Shown piece by piece: positions 1 to 7,252 of a DNA stretch of 64,000 nucleotides (position 1 is the stretch's first letter; each line of letters starts with the position of its first letter). Source of the DNA: a virus (Duplodnaviria > Caudoviricetes). The notes beneath the pieces are model-generated. The model saw nothing but the letters and a program-made list of their open reading frames with translations. It did no database searches and was not told the DNA's origin. The DNA is taken from the IMG/VR virus record IMGVR_UViG_3300017764_000001; one strand, given 5' to 3'. The translations under genes and the position numbers were made by a program.

Positions 1-1
1 T

Positions 2-445
2 GGTGGAAATGGTGGAGGACAAGGATCCACAAGTGAATCTGAAGATAGATATGCAACTAATGGAGGAGAAGGAAGTTCTAGTGAAGGTGCCAATGGTGGT
101 CGGGGTGCAGTAAATTCAGAAGGTAGTGGTAGAGATTCCTCTTCTGGTGGAGGTGGAGGAGGGGGCGGTGGAGTAAACCCCGGTGAAGGTGGTGATGGTA
201 GTGAAGGTGCAGTTGATGGCTCCGAAGGAAAAGATATGGACAATAATAATCCTGGTAACTTTAATGAAAGAGGTGCCGGTGGTGATGGTGGTAAAGGTGA
301 TGCAGAAGGCACAGGACAACAAGAGGGTCCTGGTGGATCTGCTGGACACCATGGAGCAGCTATTGCCAAAGGTTTTTTTGATATAGAAAATATTGTAGGA
401 ACAGGAAGAATCTATGGTGTTCATAATAATGTCACTCCAACATAA
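2..445 (+). CDS. C-terminal part of a Gly-rich tail-fibre-like virion protein (starts upstream of the window)
   Basis: Frame open from nt 2 (GGNGGGQGSTSESEDRYATNGGEG...) to TAA at 443-445. GGxGG-rich low complexity is typical of cyanophage fibre proteins. Confidence 0.6.
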   Translation, partial: GGNGGGQGSTSESEDRYATNGGEGSSSEGANGGRGAVNSEGSGRDSSSGGGGGGGGGVNPGEGGDGSEGAVDGSEGKDMDNNNPGNFNERGAGGDGGKGDAEGTGQQEGPGGSAGHHGAAIAKGFFDIENIVGTGRIYGVHNNVTPT

Positions 446-448
446 ATA
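442..448 (+). promoter_or_regulatory. T4-type late promoter (ATAAATA)
   Basis: ATAAATA about 20 nt upstream of the ATG at 470. Confidence 0.55.
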
Positions 449-469
449 AAAAGAAATGAGTTTTTTATT

Positions 470-1126
470 ATGAATGATGAAATATTACAAGTCACTCAAT
501 TTGAAAATCCCTTTCCTCATTTGATTGTAGATAATTTTTATAATGAGAAAGAATTAGAACTTATATGGGAAGAACTTAAATTTTATACAAAACCAGGTAA
601 ATTGCTTGATGTAAAAGATTATGGTGGTGTAGATGGATATACCAGTGCGAAAGCAATTATGTTGGACTCACTTTACAGGGATAATACTAAAAATAATGGT
701 GTTAACTGGAGAAGTTTATCTAATATTTTGACAGTCAATCGAAAATTATTTACGAGTGGTGTTTTAGATGTATTTGCCGATACACATGATTGTTGCTGTC
801 TGGCAAATAAATCAAATAGTGATACCACAAAAGTCAGATATTATCATAATGGTGATAAGTATGATCCACATACTGATAAAGGATTTCAGTTTTTAGGATT
901 TTCATATTTTTATAAAGAACCTAAAAAATTTGAAGGTGGACAGTTATATTTTCCAAAATATGATTATGAAGTTCCTTGTGATAACAATTCAATGATTATC
1001 TTCCCTGGATGGGTAGAACACGGAGTAAGAGAAATAAGTATTAAAGATTCTGATTACTTTGATGGTTGGGGGAGATATGCCATAACTTCATTCTTTACTT
1101 TTAAGGCAAATGAAATACATAATTGA
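470..1126 (+). CDS. 2OG-Fe(II) oxygenase (prolyl-4-hydroxylase-like)
   Basis: HxD motif (YDPHTD), distal His (WVEHGV), GGQL strand and terminal R-x-x-I-T pattern of the DSBH fold. The family is common in cyanophages. Confidence 0.88.
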   Translation: MNDEILQVTQFENPFPHLIVDNFYNEKELELIWEELKFYTKPGKLLDVKDYGGVDGYTSAKAIMLDSLYRDNTKNNGVNWRSLSNILTVNRKLFTSGVLDVFADTHDCCCLANKSNSDTTKVRYYHNGDKYDPHTDKGFQFLGFSYFYKEPKKFEGGQLYFPKYDYEVPCDNNSMIIFPGWVEHGVREISIKDSDYFDGWGRYAITSFFTFKANEIHN

Positions 1127-1151
1127 CAAAGTATCAAAATATAAGTAGAAT
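1123..1151 (+). promoter_or_regulatory. sigma70-type promoter
   Basis: TTGACA(1123-1128)-17 bp-TAGAAT(1146-1151). Confidence 0.75.
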
Positions 1152-1170
1152 ACCTTTGTTGGGGTTGATG

Positions 1171-1251
1171 AGACAGTTTAAGAACTGTCTACTAGATTTA
1201 AATACTGGTGCTTCATGCCCTATAATATGGAGGTAAACAAGGGACAATCCC
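1171..1251 (+). promoter_or_regulatory. Early-promoter cassette A (palindrome + -10 + RBS)
   Basis: Perfect inverted repeat AGACAGTT-taag-AACTGTCT (1171-1190), 30 bp gap, TATAAT (1221-1226), CAAGGGA before the ATG at 1252. Confidence 0.8.
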
Positions 1252-1392
1252 ATGCTCTGTGAAGTCAAACTTTATGTTGCGGGTCGTACTTTCTATGAGA
1301 CTGTTCGTGCCGCAAACTATGATGAAGCCCGTGAAGTGGCACTGGCAAGAAATCCTAATGCAACTGTCGTGAGTGTAAATGCAAAGTTCTGA
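1252..1392 (+). CDS. small hypothetical early protein (46 aa, MLCEVKLYVAGRTFYETVRAANYDEAREVALARNPNATVVSVNAKF)
   Basis: Read by hand. Directly behind cassette A and its RBS. The stop overlaps the next start (TGATG). Confidence 0.8.
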   Translation: MLCEVKLYVAGRTFYETVRAANYDEAREVALARNPNATVVSVNAKF

Positions 1393-1544
1393 TGTCTAAG
1401 TTTTTTGATGAAAAAATGCAAGTCTGCATTGAACTTGATGGGGAAACTTATTGGAATCTTGTAAAGATGGGTGCAGAAATTAGAACACCCATCAACCAAT
1501 ACATTGAAAATTTATTGCAAAGTCATGTAATGGATTATGAATAA
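1392..1544 (+). CDS. 50-aa protein with a ribbon-helix-helix-like pattern
   Basis: Read by hand: MSKFFDEKMQVCIELDGETYWNLVKMGAEIRTPINQYIENLLQSHVMDYE. Coupled to both neighbours. Confidence 0.65.
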   Translation: MSKFFDEKMQVCIELDGETYWNLVKMGAEIRTPINQYIENLLQSHVMDYE

Positions 1545-1782
1545 GTTTCTAAAACCACATATTCCACAGCCAGGATTACTTGAACCAAACCCAGGTAATC
1601 CTTTAGGTTATGTAACAAATGATGGAATGTGGGCAGCAGTTCCATGTGGCAAAAAGTTTAGCATTATACATAATGGAAGTGTGATTCATCAATCACGCAC
1701 TTACGATTCGGCACTGAACTTTATTAAAAAGGGGGTTAAAAATGAGGGATCAAAACGGAATCGAAGACAACGAACCGGGTGA
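1537..1782 (+). CDS. hypothetical cyanophage protein
   Basis: 81-aa ORF in an overlapping gene chain. Confidence 0.7.
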   Translation: MNKFLKPHIPQPGLLEPNPGNPLGYVTNDGMWAAVPCGKKFSIIHNGSVIHQSRTYDSALNFIKKGVKNEGSKRNRRQRTG

Positions 1783-1960
1783 TGTTAAATGGAATCGAGG
1801 ACTAGACATCTTCATTGAATCTGTTCACAAACCTGATCCCGCATTACGTCAGTGCGCTCATAATCAAAGATGTTATCATGAACTCATGTGGGTTCGTGAG
1901 AACGTGTTAAACTATCTCAAAACACTTAGAAAGCACGATGAATATTCCACGTATCCATGA
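1742..1960 (+). CDS. hypothetical cyanophage protein
   Basis: 72-aa ORF in the chain. The KWNRGLDIFIESVHKPD segment resembles small conserved cyanomyovirus proteins. Confidence 0.7.
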   Translation: MRDQNGIEDNEPGDVKWNRGLDIFIESVHKPDPALRQCAHNQRCYHELMWVRENVLNYLKTLRKHDEYSTYP

Positions 1961-2162
1961 CGGAGATAAAGTAACCTATATTGGTTGCTGTAGGGAGCAA
2001 ATTAACTGGGGAAATAGTGATAATCCCGACAATGTATTAGAGAGAGGAAAAGAATACACAGTAGAGAAAACTGAGGTTCATACTGCACATACAAAATTAA
2101 TGATCAAAGGTTATAATGGCAAATTCAATTCTATTTGTTTTTTAAAAGGAGAGGAACAATGA
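1938..2162 (+). CDS. hypothetical protein
   Basis: 74-aa ORF. The stop overlaps the next ATG (ATGA). Confidence 0.7.
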   Translation: MNIPRIHDGDKVTYIGCCREQINWGNSDNPDNVLERGKEYTVEKTEVHTAHTKLMIKGYNGKFNSICFLKGEEQ

Positions 2163-2377
2163 GTCAATTTGATCCAGCAGAAATAGTATTACAGAGCACT
2201 GCCAAGTTATTTGAATACGAAAAACTATCACGGCAGATTGAAGAATGTAATGATATGGAAATGTTGAGAGACATGGCACGTTGTTGGATCAAATTGTACA
2301 TGAAACAACAAGAAACCATGAGAACCATTGGACTTGATCAACAACCACTTCCCAAAAGAAAGGATGACGAGGGTTAA
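2159..2377 (+). CDS. nblA: NblA-like phycobilisome degradation protein (putative)
   Basis: Likely start at 2159 (RBS GAGG, ATGA overlap). The pattern LQSTAKLFEYEKLSRQIEECNDMEMLRDMARCWIKLYMKQQET fits the two-helix NblA hairpin of marine picocyanobacteria. Confidence 0.6.
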   Translation: MSQFDPAEIVLQSTAKLFEYEKLSRQIEECNDMEMLRDMARCWIKLYMKQQETMRTIGLDQQPLPKRKDDEG

Positions 2378-2379
2378 TT

Positions 2380-2556
2380 ATGTACGAAGAATTAGACTGC
2401 TTTGAAAGAGCACTACAACATTTTGGTACGAGAGTAGAGATTGTCACCGCCATGGAAATGGCAAATAAAATTGCTACTGAAGATGCCTACCAAATGATTA
2501 AGGATGAACTTAAAGAATTGAAAAAATGCCGTAAAGAATTTAAGAAAGATGCCTGA
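2380..2556 (+). CDS. hypothetical protein (58 aa, MYEELDCFERALQHFGTRVEIVTAMEMANK...)
   Basis: Read by hand. Fills the gap between flanking genes and is missing from the ORF track. Confidence 0.75.
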   Translation: MYEELDCFERALQHFGTRVEIVTAMEMANKIATEDAYQMIKDELKELKKCRKEFKKDA

Positions 2557-2710
2557 TGATTCTCTTAAAATTCATGAAAATGATGACGGTTCATTTAGTA
2601 TGGAATGGGATCGAGAGGACCAGAAATGGAACTGGTTAAATGACTTGACAAGTGCCGAGATTGAGACTATGCTACAGGAAGCAATCAGAAACTATGGAGG
2701 AACTCAATGA
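2549..2710 (+). CDS. hypothetical protein (53 aa, MPDDSLKIHENDDGSFSMEWDREDQKWNWLN...)
   Basis: Read by hand. Overlaps both neighbours in a coupled fashion. Confidence 0.75.
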   Translation: MPDDSLKIHENDDGSFSMEWDREDQKWNWLNDLTSAEIETMLQEAIRNYGGTQ

Positions 2711-3042
2711 CAAAACCAGATCTTGAATATAAAAACTATTCACTTGAAAAATTGAGTGAATGGATTAGAGATTCTCTTCATTCTGAAGCGACTCCATTGG
2801 AAATCTATGAGGCAATCATCACAACTCTCAAACAGGAAGTTAGTTATCATGATGTCTGTAAAAGACAGGCAAAAGATATCATAAATTTGATGCAAGGATA
2901 TCAAAAAAATGATTCAATCGATTTAGGACTTGATGAATATCCATATGGAGAAAGTTTCATATCTGCATTAGATGATACCATTTCACCTAAATCACTAGAT
3001 AATAATGATGGTGATGTGATCAATTTTCCAATGCGATACTAA
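2707..3042 (+). CDS. hypothetical protein
   Basis: 111-aa ORF with an ATGA overlap. Confidence 0.7.
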   Translation: MTKPDLEYKNYSLEKLSEWIRDSLHSEATPLEIYEAIITTLKQEVSYHDVCKRQAKDIINLMQGYQKNDSIDLGLDEYPYGESFISALDDTISPKSLDNNDGDVINFPMRY

Positions 3043-3071
3043 TAAATACAATCACAAAAGGACAAACTATA

Positions 3072-3299
3072 ATGGAAAGCGTCGAAAAGCACATTGAAGT
3101 TGATAAAAAGATCCTTGAAGATCCAACAACTTCACCACAACAACGTCGTCACATCGAAGAAGAACTTCATGAACTTGAGGTCTATGTAGAGAATCACAAG
3201 AAAGAAATTGCAGATGGTGATCATCATGATCCTACCGCACTTGAACTATTTTGTGAGGTTGAACCAGATGCAGATGAGTGCCGTATCTATGACGATTGA
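3072..3299 (+). CDS. cp12: CP12 (Calvin cycle inhibitor)
   Basis: C-terminal LELFCEVEPDADECRIYDD with two Cys 8 residues apart is the CP12 signature. The N-terminal HIEEELHELE is typical of the cyanophage form. Confidence 0.9.
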   Translation: MESVEKHIEVDKKILEDPTTSPQQRRHIEEELHELEVYVENHKKEIADGDHHDPTALELFCEVEPDADECRIYDD

Positions 3300-3584
3300 A
3301 TGAAACTTCCTTCATCATTCCCTCATGAACCTCCTGAAGGTTATCATTACGAGGTTGAACAATTCAGACGTAATGTGGTTTCTATCTGGTTACGTCACCC
3401 CGATCATTTCAATTATACTGATGAGCCTGTACGCACTATATGGGGTTTCTTTAATACAAAGAAAGGACTTTACTATTCCCCCGTCAATCATAAGAAAGTT
3501 GGAAAAGAAGTTGATATCACTGACACCAGAAATTACACCTCAATGCAAATACAATACAAGGGACTGGAAAGTTTCTTTGTGTGA
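3300..3584 (+). CDS. conserved hypothetical cyanophage protein
   Basis: 94-aa ORF (FPHEPPEGYHYEVEQFRRNVVSIWL...). Confidence 0.75.
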   Translation: MKLPSSFPHEPPEGYHYEVEQFRRNVVSIWLRHPDHFNYTDEPVRTIWGFFNTKKGLYYSPVNHKKVGKEVDITDTRNYTSMQIQYKGLESFFV

Positions 3585-3661
3585 CAGTTATTGAACTGTC
3601 TACCACCTCTTGACGAGGTGGTTTTTTCATGGCATAATATATTCATATTCATCAGACATCT
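3582..3661 (+). promoter_or_regulatory. Early-promoter cassette B with terminator-like hairpin
   Basis: TGACAGTT-attg-AACTGTCT (3582-3601). Hairpin ACCACCTC-ttgac-GAGGTGGT followed by a T-run. TTGACG(3610)-17-CATAAT(3633). Confidence 0.75.
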
Positions 3662-4852
3662 GTGACCGTCACTCTTCGTCCGCATCAACAACGTGGCATC
3701 AATCGTATGGAAGAGTATGCCAAAGGTCAACTGATTTTCCCCACCGGAGCAGGCAAAACTCTCACGGCAATCATGGATGCCAAGAGAGTATTTGAGACTG
3801 CAACATCACACAAAACCATTGTGATTGTTGCTCCTCGTATTCTCCTTGCTGAGCAACTTTGTAGTGAGTTTCTGGAAGTTATTCAACGCAATGATGTGCA
3901 TGTGATGCACGTTCACAGTGGTGAGACTTCTTTCTTCGGCACCACTAAAGTCAAGCAGATTCAGATGCACGACTCCATCTGCAAAACTGCCGGTGAGCAT
4001 CAACTTATCTTCACCACTTACAACTCTCTGGGTCGTATTGTGGATGCAGAAGTTGAGGTAGATACTATCTACTTTGATGAGGCACATAACAGTGTCAAAC
4101 GTAACTTTTTCCCTGCCACCGAGCACTACAGTCAAGAGGCAAATCGTTGCTATTTCTTCACTGCCACTCGTAAGACTTCGGTCACTATTGCCAAACCAGG
4201 CATGAATGATCGTGCCGTCTATGGTGATGTAATCTGCCGAGTTTCTGCACCTGAACTTGTGGAGGGTGGTTATATTCTTCCTCCCAAGGTTAAGGTGATT
4301 GAAATGGATAAGGTTGATCGTAAATCTATCACCCCTCACCTTGAGAGCAACAACATTCTCACCACGATTGATGAGATCAGCATCAAGAAAGTTCTGGTCT
4401 GTTCTAACACTACCAAACAACTGACCACTATCTTCCAGACTGATTTTGCCTATCAGTTGCAGAAACGTGGTTATTCTTATTTGTATATCACTGCCAAGAC
4501 TGGTGCTGTTATTGATGGTAAGAAAGTATCCCGTGAGAAGTTCTTTGAAACTTTGAACACCTGGGGTAAAGATTCCAACAAAAAGTTTGTTGTTCTTCAC
4601 CGTTCGATTCTGTCTGAAGGTATCAATGTCAGTCAACTGGAAGCAGTCATCTTCATGCGTAACATGGATGTGATTGAAATGACTCAAACTGTGGGTCGTG
4701 TGCTTCGTAAAGGTGGCAATGATAAGACCTACGGATTCTGTGTCGTCCCTGTTTATTCTAAGGTTGGTATCTCTACTCAACGTGGATTGCAGACGGTGAT
4801 TGATACCGTCTTTGAGAAGGGTGAGATGCTTGATAGTGTGGTGCGTCGTTGA
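3662..4852 (+). CDS. SF2 (DEAH-box) helicase-like ATPase
   Basis: Walker A PTGAGKT, DEAH, FTAT (motif III), LSEGINV (V), QTVGRVLR (VI). GTG start. Confidence 0.9.
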   Translation: MTVTLRPHQQRGINRMEEYAKGQLIFPTGAGKTLTAIMDAKRVFETATSHKTIVIVAPRILLAEQLCSEFLEVIQRNDVHVMHVHSGETSFFGTTKVKQIQMHDSICKTAGEHQLIFTTYNSLGRIVDAEVEVDTIYFDEAHNSVKRNFFPATEHYSQEANRCYFFTATRKTSVTIAKPGMNDRAVYGDVICRVSAPELVEGGYILPPKVKVIEMDKVDRKSITPHLESNNILTTIDEISIKKVLVCSNTTKQLTTIFQTDFAYQLQKRGYSYLYITAKTGAVIDGKKVSREKFFETLNTWGKDSNKKFVVLHRSILSEGINVSQLEAVIFMRNMDVIEMTQTVGRVLRKGGNDKTYGFCVVPVYSKVGISTQRGLQTVIDTVFEKGEMLDSVVRR

Positions 4853-4854
4853 TG

Positions 4855-4933
4855 CACCAGTCTATGAACTGTCCACCAGTCGTTGCCAGGGCACCAGGAT
4901 GCCCTATAATACAAAGGTAGTCAAGGGAGAGCA
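4855..4933 (+). promoter_or_regulatory. Early-promoter cassette C
   Basis: CACCAGTC-tatg-AACTGTCC (4855-4874). TTGCCA-GGGCACCAGGATGCCC-TATAAT(4905). CAAGGGA RBS. Confidence 0.8.
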
Positions 4934-5101
4934 ATGATCACCAACAAACGGCAAATGCTCAAAGTGATGTCACGATGCACCGATGCAGACACACTCACCC
5001 GTGAACAAAAATTTGAGGTCTTCTGTAGAGTTTGTGACAACATGCTCAAGGAAGGTAGAATCACTAGAGTAAATCACAGACGCTGGACTGAAATCTGGTA
5101 A
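4934..5101 (+). CDS. hypothetical protein (55 aa, MITNKRQMLKVMSRCTDADTLTREQKFEVFCRVCDNMLKEGRIT...)
   Basis: Read by hand. First gene after cassette C. Confidence 0.75.
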   Translation: MITNKRQMLKVMSRCTDADTLTREQKFEVFCRVCDNMLKEGRITRVNHRRWTEIW

Positions 5102-5142
5102 ATCACTAAAGTTCATTCTTCAACCTTTTTTTCTTCATCATC

Positions 5143-5544
5143 ATGGCAACCCGAGCACGAATTGGTCTTCAAGTTGGAAATGCAATCATTTCTGTTTATC
5201 ATCACTGGGATGGTTATCCTCAGTGGTTGGGTCGCATCCTGAGCACACATTACATCACAAAGAGTCAAGTTATTGACCTGATTGACGGTGGTGATATGTC
5301 TTCCTGCTGGACTAATTGTGGTTGGCAGAATGAAACCCGTCCCGAAACTGGTCCAATGTATTATTCTGAGCGTGGAGAAGATTGTCCTCCTCGTTTGGAT
5401 GAATCTATCACTGAGTTTATTAACAACGGTGAAGAGTTTGGTTATATCTTCAAGGATGGTGAATGGTTCTGTTATGATACTAAGACCTGGAGTGATACTT
5501 TCGCACAGGTTATAGATATTCCAGAGGGAGCCCTGGTAGCATGA
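5143..5544 (+). CDS. conserved hypothetical phage protein (MATRARIG...YHHWDGYP family)
   Basis: 133-aa ORF with a conserved-looking YxHWDGYP motif. Confidence 0.8.
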   Translation: MATRARIGLQVGNAIISVYHHWDGYPQWLGRILSTHYITKSQVIDLIDGGDMSSCWTNCGWQNETRPETGPMYYSERGEDCPPRLDESITEFINNGEEFGYIFKDGEWFCYDTKTWSDTFAQVIDIPEGALVA

Positions 5545-5723
5545 TCGATTTAGAAAAACTTTCTCATGAAGAGAAAGAAGCACTGGCAGAAGATTGTGAA
5601 GACTTTCTTCTGCACAGAAACATACCATTAAGGTCACATTCATACGATAACATCATTCTTCATGCAATGAGAGAAGGTTATCGCATCGAAGGATTCGACC
5701 GACCCATCCGTAGGACAGCATAA
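5541..5723 (+). CDS. hypothetical protein
   Basis: 60-aa ORF with an ATGA overlap. Confidence 0.7.
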   Translation: MIDLEKLSHEEKEALAEDCEDFLLHRNIPLRSHSYDNIILHAMREGYRIEGFDRPIRRTA

Positions 5724-5793
5724 CAACTGTCCACAACCTCTTCACAGGGCACCAGGATGCCCTATAATACATTTGTAATCAAGGGACGACCCC
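5713..5793 (+). promoter_or_regulatory. Early-promoter cassette D
   Basis: GGACAGCA-taac-AACTGTCC (5713-5732). TTCACA-GGGCACCAGGATGCCC-TATAAT(5763). CAAGGGA RBS. Confidence 0.8.
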
Positions 5794-6162
5794 ATGACAA
5801 CCTCCTTCGCAGACTACGTTGCTCAGCAGGATGCACGGAACGACATTCAGTTGAACGTTCGCAAGTGGACTTTGATGTTGTGTGATGCTCTGGTTGACAA
5901 TTTCAAGCAGTCTCACCCTAACTCTGATCCTTACACATTCTCCGTTGAGAGTGGTCGTAAGTATCACAAGATTATGATGGAGACTGAATCTCAGTCTAGG
6001 AGTGTTCATGCCTTCGTTGATAAGAAGACTGGAGAAGTTTACAAGCCTGCTTCATTCAAGGCACCCGCAAAGATTGTCCGTTTCAATCTCTGTTTGATTA
6101 AAGACCGTGAGTGGTTGCTGGAGAACTGTGACTGGGCTGGGAGCTACCTTTATGTGCGATAA
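5794..6162 (+). CDS. conserved hypothetical phage protein
   Basis: 122-aa ORF with GRKYHKI...VHAFVDKKTGEVYKPASFKAPAK, a motif familiar from T4-like phage early regions. Confidence 0.8.
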   Translation: MTTSFADYVAQQDARNDIQLNVRKWTLMLCDALVDNFKQSHPNSDPYTFSVESGRKYHKIMMETESQSRSVHAFVDKKTGEVYKPASFKAPAKIVRFNLCLIKDREWLLENCDWAGSYLYVR

Positions 6163-6171
6163 TATGATATA

Positions 6172-6360
6172 ATGAACACATTCAATTCGGAGGTTACAAT
6201 GAACGATGAACGACATTATCACACCGAAAGTGAACGTCGTCAACTTGACGGTGTTGTCACTGATTCTGATAAAAATGGATGGAACGTATCCAAACTGAAT
6301 CGAATGAAGTCCAGAGCAAACAATCTACCTGATGATTCTCTGATTATTGATGACGACTAA
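6172..6360 (+). CDS. hypothetical protein
   Basis: 62-aa ORF. The start may be the second Met, which follows a GGAGG RBS. Confidence 0.6.
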   Translation: MNTFNSEVTMNDERHYHTESERRQLDGVVTDSDKNGWNVSKLNRMKSRANNLPDDSLIIDDD

Positions 6361-6411
6361 AGAAAAGTTCCTGTTCACTGCATCATTCATCTGGTTTCTT
6401 CACTGGGGCAC

Positions 6412-6888
6412 ATGTCTAGCATCTACCATTCTGGATACGGTTATTCTAAGAAACTCTGTGAGGATGTTACCTCTTGGTTTCTGAACAAGTATTATCCACG
6501 TCATAAGATTGATGTGGAGATTGTTCACCGGGGATTGAAACGTGAGGGTGTCTATGGTTATTGTGACGTGATCGGTCGATCTCATCGGCCACGTCACTTC
6601 CTGATTGAACTTCAGACCGAAATGTCCAAGGAGTTGTATACAAAAATCCTTTTTCATGAATTGAAGCACCTGGCACAGTGGGTAGACGGTTCTCTGCGGT
6701 TTCGGCATGGAAAAATGTGTTATTGTCAAGAACCGGTCGAAAAATACGACTATGTGGATCAACCACATGAAATTGAAGCACGGGAGTGGGAAGAAATCCT
6801 ATATGATCTGCATCTAAATGACAAACAAGGTATGCCGGTGAAACAAGTGGCACAGCAGTCGTTCCCAAACCGTCTGATGGCTATATAA
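6412..6888 (+). CDS. zincin-like metallopeptidase domain protein
   Basis: HExxH (LFHELKHLAQ) plus downstream PHEIEA providing the third ligand Glu. Confidence 0.75.
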   Translation: MSSIYHSGYGYSKKLCEDVTSWFLNKYYPRHKIDVEIVHRGLKREGVYGYCDVIGRSHRPRHFLIELQTEMSKELYTKILFHELKHLAQWVDGSLRFRHGKMCYCQEPVEKYDYVDQPHEIEAREWEEILYDLHLNDKQGMPVKQVAQQSFPNRLMAI

Positions 6889-6916
6889 TAACCATGTAAA
6901 CAAGGGAGGACCACTG
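6833..6916 (+). promoter_or_regulatory. Early-promoter cassette E (overlaps the 3' end of the upstream CDS)
   Basis: TGCCGGTG-aaac-AAGTGGCA (6833-6852), 31 bp gap, TATAAT (6884), CAAGGGAGG RBS. Confidence 0.7.
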
Positions 6917-7072
6917 ATGACCCCAGAAGTTGAGAAGCACCTGGCAGATCCTTACAATCGGATTCGTTATGCTTATGAGTTCCTGGACAGTGAGATCGGT
7001 GATTCTGCCAAGTGTATGGATCGAATCTATTATTGGTTATCTCAGGATATTGATTGTGAGGTACACTACTAA
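6917..7072 (+). CDS. hypothetical protein (51 aa, MTPEVEKHLADPYNRIRYAYEFLDSEIG...)
   Basis: Read by hand. First gene after cassette E. Confidence 0.7.
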   Translation: MTPEVEKHLADPYNRIRYAYEFLDSEIGDSAKCMDRIYYWLSQDIDCEVHY

Positions 7073-7251
7073 TGAACAATGTAGACAGTATCAACAAACA
7101 AATTCTTGAACTGAACCATCGAAAACAAAAACTTGAGATTGAGATTGATGGTATCGAATCTGCAATCAAGTTTCTAAGACAACAGAAAGAACTGTTGGAA
7201 GGTGCAAAGGGCACCACAAAAGACTTTTACGACGATCTTCTTTCTGACTGA
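7072..7251 (+). CDS. coiled-coil hypothetical protein (59 aa, MNNVDSINKQILELNHRKQKLEIEIDGIESAIKFLRQQKELLE...)
   Basis: Read by hand. TAATG coupling and a heptad pattern. Confidence 0.7.
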   Translation: MNNVDSINKQILELNHRKQKLEIEIDGIESAIKFLRQQKELLEGAKGTTKDFYDDLLSD

Positions 7252-7252
7252 C

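Noticed and set aside
1-445. GGT/GGA-rich stretch as a DNA repeat element
   Set aside because: Simply encodes Gly-rich protein in one open frame.
3806-4780. 324-aa minus-strand ORF
   Set aside because: Lies entirely antisense to the motif-complete helicase, with no recognisable motifs, promoter or RBS. Best explained as a shadow of biased codon usage.
7202-7252. GTG start for the DUF6267-like gene
   Set aside because: Overlaps the coiled-coil ORF 7072-7251. ATG 7253 follows its stop and gives the family-like N-terminus.
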